DNA of 61,742 nucleotides, filler included, from Sluysia triapertura (taxonomy: Eukaryota): NCBI GenBank assembly GCA_046118255.1. It is 4 parts of 4 records of this genome, joined end to end, with 100 filler letters (N's around TTAATTAATTAA, not from the genome) between each part and the next. Parts side by side here need not be neighbours in the genome. Positions count along the whole stretch, not along the records: positions 11,434 to 36,072 come from JBJNIA010187390.1; positions 36,173 to 47,660 come from JBJNIA010184202.1; 2 more parts are not named here. One strand, written 5' to 3'. The stretch's first letter is position 1. Every line of letters begins with the position of its first letter. A program made the position numbers and the translations under genes. Under the pieces are notes generated by a model, which saw only the letters and a program-made list of their open reading frames with translations, was not told where the DNA came from and searched no databases. Of the stretch, positions 26,701-40,264 are shown piece by piece.

Positions 26701-29700
26701 ATGTAACATTTTGTTGCTGAAAGAAATTTTTCTTTTGTTGTTTTTGAGCATTTAGATTTTTAGTATGTACTTGCAATTTCTAAGACGTGCTACCTTTTGC
26801 CAATGTGTTAATCCATCATTCTTTGCCGTTTAACGATATAGATGCTATTACTGTCTTAGAACCATGAATTAAATGTTTTGTTAGTTTGCACAAATCTTGT
26901 AAATTCAAACGCGGTAATACAAAATTATACTCAGGTTTAAGATAAATGTATTTAGGATATAATAGAATTAATGTAACTTAAAGTTTAGAATGTATGAAAG
27001 GTACGAGATAAAAAGTAAGAATTGTAATGCTTGAGATTGTAAATGCTTTGTATTGAATGCTTATGAATTTTTTGTCTTTGTCATTGATAAAATTGTAATT
27101 GATAAAACGTACTTCAATCATCAAGCATATTTCAACTTTGGGTTATAACTTATATAAAGACGTACATGAGAGTTTAGTACCGCCGTCTTCAAGTATTCAA
27201 TTGTTGTGTCTCTAATGTTCAATAAGTGTTCAAAAAAATTGGATTCTAAGAAAAATTAAAATTTATGACACTTATGGATTTTGACCGAATACTTCATCTT
27301 AAGATTTTATTGTTCTCACAGTTAATAAGCCTAATTGTAAATAGTTATGTGAGTTTAAATGCGAAATTTTTACTTATCAAAACTTACTCTTAAAATTTTG
27401 CAATTCTTTATGCTTTGCTTGCATAAAGTCTGTAAATTTTAATTATTCATTGTACATAGAACAAGTTATTCATTACAAGTGTTAAACAAAAATGTATTTT
27501 ATTAGATTTTTGACTGACGGAAATAGCTACACCACACGTCTGGCTTTGTCATTTCAAATATGTTTGTGTTTTTTTCGTAATATTTTCCTATCTTTCCATT
27601 ATTCTATAATTAATTTTACTTAAGCAGTTATATTTATGTACTCATTTATTTTTATTTTCAGTTAAGTATTTTATGTTCAATTTGTAGAAAATCCATCCAA
27701 AAGTATTTTGCCATTTCCTGCCTTTGTTCACACAGATTTCATTATAGGTGCTATATTTTGAACAGATCATTTGAACAATTGACAAAATTTTATATTGTAT
27801 TCACTAATAAACTAATACCATTAGTTTTTTATCATTTAGTTTCGTGCATTTAAAAGCACTAAAATACCGACTTAAATTGTTTTTAATATTTAACCAGGCA
27901 TTTTAAACCGAATGTAAAAATAACTAATAAAATTATCGTAATTATTTAAAGATTTGAAACTTAAATAGTATTTAATAAATACATAAAATTAACTTTCTAT
28001 TTTAAATTTATTGTAACCGGGACTTTGTATCTCCCTATTTATAAAAATATTAATTGAAATTTTACATTCGTATAATTAAGCAGCCCTTAACAAATTTACT
28101 GTGCATTTTCAAACCTCATTTCAAATTGAAGTGTAAAATCAAAGGGATTATAAAATTCACATTAAAATCGATAATGTGATTCTTTTTGAACTCTCATTTT
28201 AAATAGAGGCATAAAATTAACCTAATATAAATAGTGTTGAGAACTAATTTTGAGTTACATTTAGACAACACATTCACATACATAGCTAGCAACAGTGATG
28301 GTGACCTCCAATTTATTAATAAGCTGTTATTTCAAAAATCCTGCGGACAAGTTCAATATACTGATAAGTACTTTTTCAATTTAGCATTACTAAAAATGTG
28401 ATTAAAGAATGTAACAGTGCAATACATTTCCAAATTGATTTTAAATAAATCAATAATAATAATAATAATAATCTGTTTTAAATAATAACAGATCTAAAAC
28501 GAAATTTAATTAAATAAATTATTTATTTTTCTTTTCTGAGTGTGAATTTCTAGAATTTATAAAGTAGATTCAAATTTTGCTTACTTAAAATTATGTGACT
28601 ATAAATACTAAAAAAACTATATACAAGTCTAGTATTTTTTAAAATATATACTAAGTATTTTTAGGTGTTTTATTTTATTATTTTTCTAAGAATTTTAGAA
28701 ATTCACCGAAACTAACTAGGTTTTTCAAAGTCAGCTGGTAATAAAAATTCAGGTAATTCACTCGGCAATTGGAAGCCACGTTTAACGTGTGTTAATATAT
28801 GTACAGCCCGACAAAACTGAATTAGATTCACCGATGATTCTACATTTATGTCGACTAAATGCCTGAAAATATATTAAATAAATTAAAAATTAAAATTTTT
28901 AAAGTCTAAAAGTAACTTATTGACTTATTAAAAATTAAATAAATATTGTACAAAAATTAATTTTTTATTTATCTAATTGTAGAGTAACATCATAAAAACA
29001 CATAAATCATTTTTAGAAGTTACTTTTAAAATAAATTGCTCAATAAGTCAAGAACTTTAATAAATTCAAGAAATGGCAAAGAAATATTCAATATATATTC
29101 AAAAGATAATTAAAGGAAATAAGAAAAATGGAACTTACTACATTTAATTAGCCAAGAAAGAAGCTGAAGAATGACCAAGAACACCGTAACAGTGCAAAGA
29201 CCAGAATTAATAATAATCTATTATAAAGCTATAATATAGAATAAAATAAAGACAGATGAAACAGACGTAGCTACATACACTTTATAATATAAATATAACC
29301 ACATCTTGATCCGCAATGTATCACTATATGAATAATTGCCAAATTATGAATACCAATTATCTATAATATTAACTTTACAGGTAGGTGATTGAAATTTCTC
29401 TGGTTTATGTACCATGGTTTATTTCCAATTTAAGTACTTACACTAGTAAGTAAAAGAAAAATAAAATTTTTATTCCCATTTTTATTTTAATGAGTAATCA
29501 CATTTAGATAAAAATTAATTTTATTACTATTGACTATCATTAGTCTTCAAATGAGGAATTAAATGTGGCCATAATCATATTATAGAGTATAAATTTACTA
29601 TTACTATTACTATAAATTTACTATTGGCCATGTAATGCTTAAAATAATGCTTTATAATAAACTAAAATTCGCTATATGCAGAAATTAATTAAGAAATTAT

Positions 29701-32700
29701 TATGGAATAGAATTAGTAATGAGGCACACAAAAATAGAAAAAATGGTCTCCCATTTATATTAGTCAAGTATTTGTGTAGATATTATTTTGGACAATTGGA
29801 TTCTAGTTAGGCATTTGGATAATCTTTGACATTTAAATTTCAGTTAGACATTTGGATTTTACTCTCTAAATCGACGCAATGATAGTATTGATCAGTACAG
29901 TGAAGGGCTTAGAAGTACAATATCCTTTAAAATAAGTTATAATTTTTAAATTAAAAAAATTTTGCAAAATGTTATTTTTTAGTATTTTATTGTATTAGAA
30001 AATAATTGTTGTGGAGCTTAGGAATAAATTGTGGTTAAGTTTTTTTATTTGAGACTGAAATAAAATTTTATTCGCACTTTCATCTCTAATATCAGAGACC
30101 AGTCAAAATTACTGTTCAGATTAAGGTTTTAAAAGTTTGAGATCAGTCAAAGTATTGAGTCAGTTTAAGTAATAAAAGTTATCGATTATAAAGTTAAACG
30201 GAATATTTTTCGAGATTTAAAAACAAAAGATAAAGTTAATAATTGCTTAAAGTTTAGAATGTAAATTAAAGTCAACGTATAAATTTAAATTACACAATGA
30301 TTTTTCTGCATTATTCTAAAATTAGTTTGCCAAATTTTTCGCATTAAACTTGAATTACAAAATATGGTGTTGTTTCGCAATATGCAAATGAAAATCATTT
30401 AGTGCAATGTAGTTCAGCTGCAGAATAAGCTTGAATCCCAACTTGTTTTTTAATATATAAATGCTGGCTTATAACTTCAAAGAGGTATTATAGGAGATTA
30501 ATCTTTTATTTATCAATAAACAATAAAAAAAATTACAATGAAATTCAAATGTTAATCTGTATTATCTACGCTGAGTGTAATTATAATTTACACCTTACAA
30601 AGTAAATACACGATTAATTCGCAAAATTTCGATTCATATTTAAAGTATTATTTTTAATCTGATATTACGCAAATCACTTCAGTTTCTGAATCTATAGCTT
30701 TAAAAATATTTATGCTGTAATAAGCTTAAAAGCTGGATATCATCGAATGAATTCCAAACGGCGAAACGCGAAAATCTTCCATCATTTTGGTGACAACTTT
30801 TACAAAATCATGGAGACAACTCAAGTTCATTAAGTAAGCATATGTTGGATCAACTTTTATACACGGATGAACTAAACTTTTTGAAACACTTAGCTTTCCT
30901 TATAGTATACTGAATATAAAGATTATGATCTTTCAAGGTTCTAATTAAAACTATTTTATCCGATGTTGTTTCATTTTCTGTCAACGGAACACGTAGTAAA
31001 GATAGTTCTCCATGTTTGAAATTTTTTTAACAACTCTTAAAACTTCAAATTCGATTATATTCAATTTATCATTCGCCACATATACGAAATACATTTCTTT
31101 AATTAAAGAATTATTAAAATAATTGTTTAAAAAATCCCATTACATATCACTCAATGATGTGACAAATTGAAAATTTTCCAGTATATTTTCTTCACTATCA
31201 TTCCTAGCCAGAGAATCACTAATTTGAGATTTAAATTCTAACATTTGAAACTAATCTGCTGCCCAATATAGTCCTTGGCAATTTCCTTTGGAACATTGTT
31301 ATCATTTTCAAAACTGTAAATAGAATCTAAACAGATTCTAAGACCGTTTGACGTAAGAGGTTCATTTGACGTTATAATTATAATTAAAAATCGCATGAAA
31401 AACTTCTGATGAACAATAGAAATTAGACATCATGATTCAATTTCTATTTCACATATAATTCATTTAAAGTGGATACAACATAATTAAAATATTTAATTCT
31501 TTAATAACATGCAATTTCTAAATTTTTAAGTCATCAGAAAAATTTCAAATTTTAAATTCTACATCTTCTGCCAACAATTACTTATGTATAGTACTTTGAA
31601 AATAGCAACCATATTTTACAGGCCATAATCAAATAAAATTAAAAGGCCTTATTTTGCACAAAAACAAACCTTTCAGCACAAACAAATAACAAATACTCCA
31701 TAAAATCTGAAAACGAAATCTTTAATTTTCACATAAATAAAAAACTATTACAACAAATGCACATCGAATTAAAATTATGACATATGCACGATGAACGATG
31801 TAATTTTTAAAGTTGGCAAAAAGAATTTCATTTAAAAGTTAAATTCAAATTAAGGTCTATTAATATGAAGATGCTATTAAAAACAATTAATTTTAAAATA
31901 TAAGAGATTATGATTGATAAATAAATTCTTTTAACTTATTCTTCCACGAATGACTGAAACGCAGATCGATAGAAAAATTTATTTTAAAACGAAATGAACA
32001 TAACTTTCCACTTTCATAATTCTGCAATAGCTCAAGAAGCGATAGTGTAAAGATTATTTAGTAATATTAAAGTTTTGTCGTTAAATTATTGTTTGTTGAG
32101 ATTAAAGTTTACTTATAAAAGTATCTATTAAAATCTGTATAAAGTTATTATTAAAAAATTATATTATAGAAAAATATCATGCAAATTAAAAATTAAGAGA
32201 AAAATAATAACATATACTATAAAATGATAACAAATTATAGTGTATATGAAATCAAACTATAGTGTAAATGAAATAATATTAAAAAAGTAATTACACTATA
32301 TATTACTACAAACAAATTGAAAAAATGTCGTTATTATGGAAGAAATCAAGTATAAATAGACAAGTTTTATCAACACATTTTAAAAGGTATCGATTTAGTT
32401 CCAAGTATTTAATTTGGTTATTCATCGAAGATTTTCAATTGCTGTAGTTGCTATATCCCGAGTCAAGGTATTTGAATAATTGATATTTTAAAATTTAGAA
32501 TAAATTAATATTCTACCGTGAGTTTTCATCAGAATAAAATTTAAAATAATTTAATTGTTAAATTTAAACTTGATTTTAAAAGAAGTTCATATAACTACGT
32601 GTGGTACATTTTATCCTATATATTATTCGAATCATTTGTATTTATTACTTACATTTGATAAATAAACTTTAGTGAGTTTAGTTTATATTGTTTGATTTTA

Positions 32701-34786
32701 AGGAGAAGAGCTTGAATTTTAACGTTAATCAAACAACATTGCACTTCCATTTCTTACACCAGAGACAAGTGAACAGTAACCTCCATATGTTAAAACAAGT
32801 GTTAGAAAATAATATTGGTAAAAAGAGCTAAGTCAAAAGCCAAGTGATAAACATTATAAACTACACACCTATAAAATATAATCTAACAATAGCTAGCGTC
32901 TATATAATTGACTGAGACATCTCGGTAATTTGCCTTTGTAAATATTACATAAACTTTGTGCTTCGGATAATCCCAGTATCGATATAAAGTATTGAATGAT
33001 AGGAAAATTGTCTATTATTTTCGATTTTCAATGTGACTCATTCAATCTATTCACGTGAATTACGGAAAACAAATGTTAAACGACATGTCAAGCAATTATA
33101 AATATTAAGGAATGACCAGTCGAGTTCAGCTACACATTTATGTATAATAATAATAATTATTATTATTATAAAATTTTACATTTTGGGATTAATAAGACGC
33201 ACAAATAGGTTAAAAATGTCTTTTGGAACGGTTGTTTCACAGTAATCGCTAATGTTAACAAGGACTGTAGGAACAATATCTAGAATATGGTAAGGTGAAA
33301 ATGCACCGAATGTTTTGTGGTGGGTGAAAAATTTGGCATGGTGAAATAGGTGTTGTGTAATAGGAGTATAGTGTTTGATGCATGTTTCTGACGCAATAAA
33401 ATTGTCAGTAATGGTTTGAGCCACATATACTTTAAGATTATCATTTTGTAGCTTTATTTTTGATATTTATTTGTGTCTCTTCAATAAAATAATTAAATTT
33501 CAACTTCAAAAATTAGATTAAAAGTAATAACTTATAAATCAAGAAATTAATATTGAACTACTAACATTATTTCCTTAAAATCATTATCATTTATACGATA
33601 CATCATCAAAAAATTAATGGCATCCGATCCAGAAACTAAAGACCTTTTATCTAATTGCAATGTCTCATACCATTTAATATAATACTCTAACTGATCAGGA
33701 GTTGCTGTTGGTATCATATTCCTAGAGTTATCTAACCATTACGATAGATTTTATTTTTAAATAGAATTACCTAATTTTCCGGGACTCGCAGCCAATCCTT
33801 CTACGGGTTCCATTAACACATATCCTTTAGCATTATAGTCCACATCATCATTCATTTTATTGTAATCGCGTTCGAGATCGTCAGTCTCATCTGAATCACT
33901 ATCATGCGTAGCTGGATCACCTAAATCTTTCTTACAATCATCTTCATCGTAACTACTAATTTCAGAATTGGCATCAAATTGTTTTTCCAAAATATCTTTT
34001 ACACTTACAATTAATGTTGGATCCAACAAGCCTATAATTTTATGAAAAAAATTATTTTTACCTTTATTATCTTCATCAGAAATAAAATTGTCATCACAAT
34101 TCTCTGTCGCATTCCATGGAATTTCATTACGACTCATATCTGATTGAATAAAAAATGGATTGTGATCCAAAAATAACGATTCATTGTATGAATTAAGTTT
34201 ATTTTTGTATCGATTATTCTAAAAATATTAATATAAAAATTTTTTAACTAACCACAGCATTTTCATGTAGCTTTTTCAGATTAATTGTTCCTGATAATTC
34301 ATTGTTATGAAGGCGTTTCTGTGATTTCTGAGAGAACCTAAAAGCTAACTTATCTATTTTTGTAAAGGCTTACTCATTTGTCTCAATAATATTGATATCT
34401 GTTTCATTTATATCATAAGTAAGGAGAGGTATAGCATTTTCTCCTAACATAAATTAAATTAATAATGTACTTTACTTTGAGAATGAATTATTTCTTTTTC
34501 TAATTTACACCCAGCTTGAACCAATGCTATTATTTTTAATGCAACATAAAATTGGCTTCTTCCAAAATAATCTAATCTATTGGCACCGGAATATTCACTA
34601 ACCTAAAATATTAATTAATATTAAATAACAAATGACTTTTTCAATATCTTCTAATGAAAGACCAGATTTCAAGAAAAACTTTTTAGCATCTTTTATAGAT
34701 ATATAACCATTTTTATTTTTTTGAACTTGACCATAAATTTTCTCATAATTGAAAGTTTCATACTGGTTAATATTAATTTGCTTCAT
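23773..34786 (-). CDS. REPS1: RalBP1-associated Eps domain protein (REPS1/2-like); exons 34786-34637, 34602-34476, 34443-34374, 34337-34253, 34218-33771, 33731-33566, 28862-28717, 24017-23773; 3' end not located
   Basis: GANRLDYFGRSQFYVALKIIALVQAG matches the REPS N-terminal EH-like domain. The second EH domain (TPDQLEYYIKWY..SGSDAINF..|HLVDINVESSVNLIQFCRAVHIL..GFQLPSELPEFLLP) is split by a 4703-nt intron. All junctions are GT-AG and in phase. The last exon is joined on phase compatibility only; an in-frame stop at 28714-28712 is an alternative end. Confidence 0.85.
25541..25867 (+). repeat. Four short palindromic repeats GCTAGACC-N~9-CTAGC
   Basis: Copies at 25541, 25746, 25807 and 25848, with unequal spacers. 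Confidence 0.75.
26390..26480 (+). mobile_element. hAT (Charlie-like) terminal fragment
   Basis: CATGATTCCCAAAGTGGTCTATATCGACCCC..GGTCGA resembles CAGTG.TTCCCAAA hAT ends. Confidence 0.5.
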
Positions 34787-36072
34787 AAAATGTCATTTAA
34801 CAAATTATTGAATAATAATTACGAAAAATGATTGATACATAAAAATATTTAATAAAACATTTAATAATATGTAACTAATAATTAAATTCAAAAAAAGTAT
34901 TAAAATCTAAATAATAGGCAAAGTAATAATTCACAATATTTTAATTTATACGAAATTAATTAAAAGAATAATCGAAAATATAAACACACTAATTTAATTT
35001 CTAATGATAAATATTTGATTTTAAATAAAAATCTTAAAATGTGTTCGTTCAAAATTAAAATTTTATTTTATAAAATAAATTATTTTTTCAATTTTTTGGT
35101 GTAAAGTTGAATTAGCAGAGCAAGTACCTTATATTTTCATTATAATAAAGAAAAATGATAAAAATGTAAAATAAATTTTTGAAGAATTTGTATATTTGTT
35201 CACCACGCTAAGTTTTAATAATTTATGGACACAATGGTTAAAATTAGGAGTTTAGTATAATAACCGAAAATATAATTTGATGGTGATGATTGCTTTACTC
35301 CAAATTAATTTCAATTTTAATAATGTTATCAAAATATTCTATTTTTGATGTTAAGTATTTTGCTGAGGATGCATTTATTTCATGAAACAGCTTCTTCGAA
35401 TGAAATATAAAACAAATTTGCTTTATTGCAGTAAAGGTATTATAAGTACATACAATTTATGCACAAAATTTGTTTTAAAATGTACAGCTTACCAGGTGAA
35501 TATGCATGAAAATACATTACACAGCATTATTCACGTACACAGATATATATACTCCCAATATTATTAAATTTTAATTTGATTACTTCTAATAATATATTTA
35601 CACTACAGCAATATGTTTCTTCTTTTAAATGATTTAATTTATTTTAAACTCAGAAAATTAAAATAAGATATAGCTTTATTTATATTTTCTTATCACAATT
35701 AGTATGATTTATGCATTTTCACAAAATGTAAATTTATCCATATTCCTTCTAATTGTTGGGATTAGTAAAGAATAAGGGTTGATAGAAGGGTCAAAACTTA
35801 GGACTGCAGTGTCAGTGGAACATAATTAAAAAATCAAGTTGAGGCATTATGATGAATTGAAACAGCAAGATAACTATAGGGAATATTTTAATCAAGGTAA
35901 AATAATGAGAAATACGAAGAAACAACCCTGTAAAAGGTTTAATTTGTTAAAACATTAAAGTACATTTGTTAATTAAATTAATTAAAATTTGTTTAATTTA
36001 ATAACTCAATGGAAATGCTTGCTCATACTATGATCATACTAAATTTAGTGTATAATGTTGAGTTTTATTATT

Positions 36073-36172
36073 NNNNNNNNNNNNNNNNNNNNNNNNNNNN
36101 NNNNNNNNNNNNNNNNTTAATTAATTAANNNNNNNNNNNNNNNNNNNNNNNNNNNNNNNNNNNNNNNNNNNN
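36073..36172. other. Artificial contig spacer
   Basis: 44N-TTAATTAATTAA-44N. Confidence 0.97.
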
Positions 36173-36358
36173 GTTTATGTTTCAAAAATATACAACCAGT
36201 ACTACCAGAGAATGTCAAATTACTGGAAGATTATGAAATATTTAAGAAAGAGGCAAAGTTGTATCTGTTACAGAAATATTATAATGAATGATTTACCTTA
36301 AGCGCTTTTGAGTACTTTGCAGTGGATATGAGCGCAATATAAATTAGTATATTATTTT
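36173..36358 (+). mobile_element. L2/CR1-like LINE 3' end (copy 1 of 5)
   Basis: YNQ.LPENVKLLEDYEIFKK..LL.KYY-type terminus, 3'UTR ending GCGCAATATAAAT and an (ATT)-rich tail; recurs four more times in the window. Confidence 0.7.
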
Positions 36359-36370
36359 ATTAGGATTTAA

Positions 36371-36439
36371 CACTAAACATCGGTCAAATGACCGATGACG
36401 GTATGAATAGGTATACGTCAAACCTAGGTACGTACAGTG
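36371..36439. mobile_element. Miniature piggyBac-derived element (69 bp)
   Basis: TTAA|CACT...AGTG|TTAA. Contains GGTCAAATGACC and GGTATGAATAGGTATA, shared with the piggyBac end at 51759-51820. Confidence 0.75.
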
Positions 36440-36967
36440 TTAAAGATAGAGTGTTAATACGTAGCTACAAAAGGAATCAGAAATTCTTGTTCAATAATTC
36501 TCCAATAATTTTTATTAATAAATTATTTAAGTGATACATAAAATTTAAAATTTCTGGGCCTGAAATTTTTCAACATCAAAGAAGGATAATTTTGAAGGTA
36601 TTGTGAGTAATACCGATATAAAGCATTGTCGATAAAGAAGATAATTGCTGCTTTTTGCCTTTTAATAAGCAAAAATATGTCATTTTTAGTAACAAGGCTG
36701 GATTCCATGATAGAAAAAATGGTATTTTGAAACACTGCATCTTTTACGGGAATATTTTTATACGTTCATAAAATATTTTCGCGTAAAAATCACTTTATGA
36801 AACATTCGATTTTTCTTTATTCCAACGGATGTAACAGTTGATTGTAAGATATGAGGTTCTCATCCATAGAAAGTGCTGTAAGGTATTGTTGGCTTTATTC
36901 TACGTGCATATCGGAACTGGCATCCAATAACCACAGCATTGGATAATCTTCATGTATTATTTCATAC

Positions 36968-37065
36968 GGTAATAGCAGTAATAGTAGTAGTAGCAGTGGT
37001 AGTAGTAGTAATAGTAGTAGCGGTGGTAGTAATAGTAGTAGTTGTAGCAGTAGTTGTGCTACTAG
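36968..37065. repeat. (GTA)n degenerate microsatellite
   Basis: Directly visible. Confidence 0.9.
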
Positions 37066-37244
37066 TCTTATGCCAAAACTGGTACGTGTATTACGACAAA
37101 CTTTGCTTAAGTTGCTTGCTTGATTTACAATATCAAAATGTATTCATTTCCCTTTTTAGACAGTAAGAAAACAAAAATACCGTTCCCATAGTAACTTGAA
37201 TCGCACGTAATAACAATTAAAATAAATTTATTTTCTATTTTTAG

Positions 37245-39468
37245 ATTTGTAAATTTATATTTTGTGGTCCCTCAGAACTTGAATGTCATACAAAGAAGTT
37301 GCATCAATCAGACGATGATAAAACAATTGAAAATAAAAACAGGTCTGAACAAACACAGTCGAATTCTTCGGAGAACAACAATGAGTGTCGCTTGCAAAAC
37401 GTACTGGATAATCACAGAGAACCTTTGTTGGGTTTGGAATATGTAAGTGAATATCAATTTTTAGACGAAATTCGTAATTGTGACAAATACGTATGCAACT
37501 TGTGTCAGATGTGTTATACGAAACAATTCATTGTTACCCATGTCAAGTCGTTGAAACATCGGCTGTTATATTTAGTTAGTTTTCACATATTATTCATTAA
37601 AACAAAATAACTAATTATTTGTACAAAATATATTGTAAATTAATAAATAAAAAGTTCGTCTTTTTCGTCGTGGTTAGTCTAACTGAGGAAATCGATGTGA
37701 AATGTTACGGTCTATTAATTTTATTAATGAGATGTTTTTATTGTTTACTGAGCTTTCTAGATCTATTCTGTTTTCATACTTGGCTTGTTAGGATTGTTAG
37801 TTTTGTTTTGTAAATATTTAAGTAAGTATTCCAAGACACTGAACATCGTTTTGGATGAGTTAAACCCATTTCAACATATTTATTTTTGGCGCCCCCCAAC
37901 TTAATAAAGAATCTTAACGCCACTATAAAATAAACTTCATAAATAAAATAAACACCTTTTTAATAACAAATGTATTTTTCTGTTTCTCATAAATTAAATA
38001 TTATGACAACAGTTCTAATTCTTTAGCAAAATAATAAAGAAAAATTAACAAAATTAAATTTTAATTGGAGTTAAAAAACTTTTAATTTAATTTAAATTTA
38101 TTTTCCAAATCTAAGAAATTCTTTCAGTTTTCAATCGGGAAATAAATCTAAGCATTATTATTAGTAAGTAGTCTAATTTGCACACTGTGTATTTTAGAAA
38201 ATAAATCAACCGAATCTTATAAAACTGTTGGAGCAAAGTCGAAGTTCCAAAGTCAAATACTTTCGCTTGAATATTTATTGTCAAGAATTGGAGCTCTTGT
38301 TGGGTCGTAGTTGTATAAAAGTGTATCGTGAATATAAAGAAAAATCAGAGAAAGAGTCGAATTCCGTTGATTTAGACTACTTGAGTAATGAAGACAATGA
38401 TGAAGAAAAAGATAACAGTGGAAATTGTAAAGAAGATGGCGAATTAGGATTGCACGATGATGATAAAGAAGATGAATTTGATTCTTGTAATACTTACCAT
38501 CGTTTAGTTTCCGATACAGATTCCGAGGATGAACTAGAAGCTGGCGAGTTATGTTCGAGTTCCAGTTCGAGTTTGAGTGAAGAATCTGTGAAGGAAAGTT
38601 ATGGAAGTCCGGTAAAAAAGGTAACCAATGTTATTAATAAAAATAATGATGGGAAAGAATCGTTTGATAAACTTATTAAACGTATCGATGGGAATATCCC
38701 AGTTATCTCCAAGAGTTTCTTAACTAATTCCAAGTTTAAAGAGATCGGTTTAGATAATAACAATAGCAATAATAATAGTAGTAATGCCAGCTGCAGAACT
38801 TCACAAATACAGTGGTTAGTTTAATTATTCATTTTCTGTTTTATAATAGTCGACTCAGGTGGCGGCTTGCGGACCACATTTAGGCATTTTACTTAGAATT
38901 TTTTAATAACCTCAATAAGAATGAAAAATGATCTATGTAAATACATCTGACAAAGACCTAAACTTAACAATTTTCTATATCCAACGAAAATTATACGATC
39001 GTACGATTGAAATAAATATAATGTTGAGAAATGAGCATGAAAAGTGCCAAGGGTTTCAAGGGGCCATGACTAAATAGATTCTGATTACTAATCTATCAGA
39101 TAAAATTATTATTTGTTATGCAGGTCTTTACAATCAAGTTTAAATGAAAAATCAGTACTAGAATACATTTCCAAGCAGTCAAATTGTAGATACGAAGTAG
39201 ACAACTGTGAAGAATTGGTCGATCAATTTAAACAAGAGGTAGCACTGGTTTTGCATCGATTACCATTTAATACTGTCATCAAAAAGGTTTCTTTTTCACA
39301 ATCGAATCGTAAACAACAATCACAAGATAAATTTTCAATTAGTGGATTAGAGCCTATGAAAATGGAGCATTTAAAAGTTCGCGAAGAAGCTCAAAAGTAT
39401 GCTCAACAAGTGAGATTAAATAATTACAAAATGTGTGGATTACTGGATTCTAGTGATAAATTGTCTAG
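37245..39468 (+). CDS. Partial gene: matrin/U1-like C2H2 zinc-finger protein with acidic region (exons 37245-37574, 38198-38814, 39124-39468)
   Basis: EPLLGLEYVSE..YVCNLC..HVKSLKHRLLYL motif. Three exons with AG/GTTA boundaries in consistent phase (0, 2). Confidence 0.75.
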
Positions 39469-39469
39469 G

Positions 39470-39484
39470 TTATTATTATTATTA

Positions 39485-39543
<59 letters not shown>
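39470..39543. repeat. (TTA)n microsatellite at intron start
   Basis: Directly visible. Confidence 0.95.
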
Positions 39544-40264
39544 TAAATGTCCAATGTTAACATGAAAATTATGATTTGAGACAGTTTCATTTGTAACATT
39601 ATCACCGTCACTTGGTAGTAAGAGAAATCTTTAATTGAAGAAGTTAAAATACATTTACATTTAAATGTAAACAAAATTCGATTCCAAATTTTGTATTATA
39701 TGAAAATATTTTTAACAATTGTAATAATGAAAAAATAAATAATAAATTGTCAGCAATTGTAATAATGTTAAATAAAATAAAATTTCAATACAAACAAAAT
39801 GTTGATAAATTTCTCTTTACTTGCGCGGAAAATGAGTCAACTTTACATGTAGGGAATCAAAAAAAACTTAAATCTTGGGGTCTCTTTAAGATTCACCAAT
39901 GATTAATATATACAAGACTAAATATTTTGAAGCTAAGTTTAACTCAACTGACAAATACAGTGTGATTTTAGGAACGAAAGTAATATACTCAAAATGATAA
40001 TTTTAATGTATTAGGCTTTTCTTTTTAATACAATTGTGTGTTTTAAATAATAGTTTGAGACTAGCTTTAAACTAGCCCAAAACGTTTTATATAGTTTAAG
40101 TGGATTTTAATGCTTCCTTTAAAGAAGGATGAGAAACTTATACAAATGAAACTTACTACTTATAATGGAAAGAAAGAATCTGGAAATCTATGTTCAAATC
40201 ACCAATATACAACATTTAATCGAAATCGATGAGTGCTTTCTTTTATATTATGTAGTGTGTGTGT

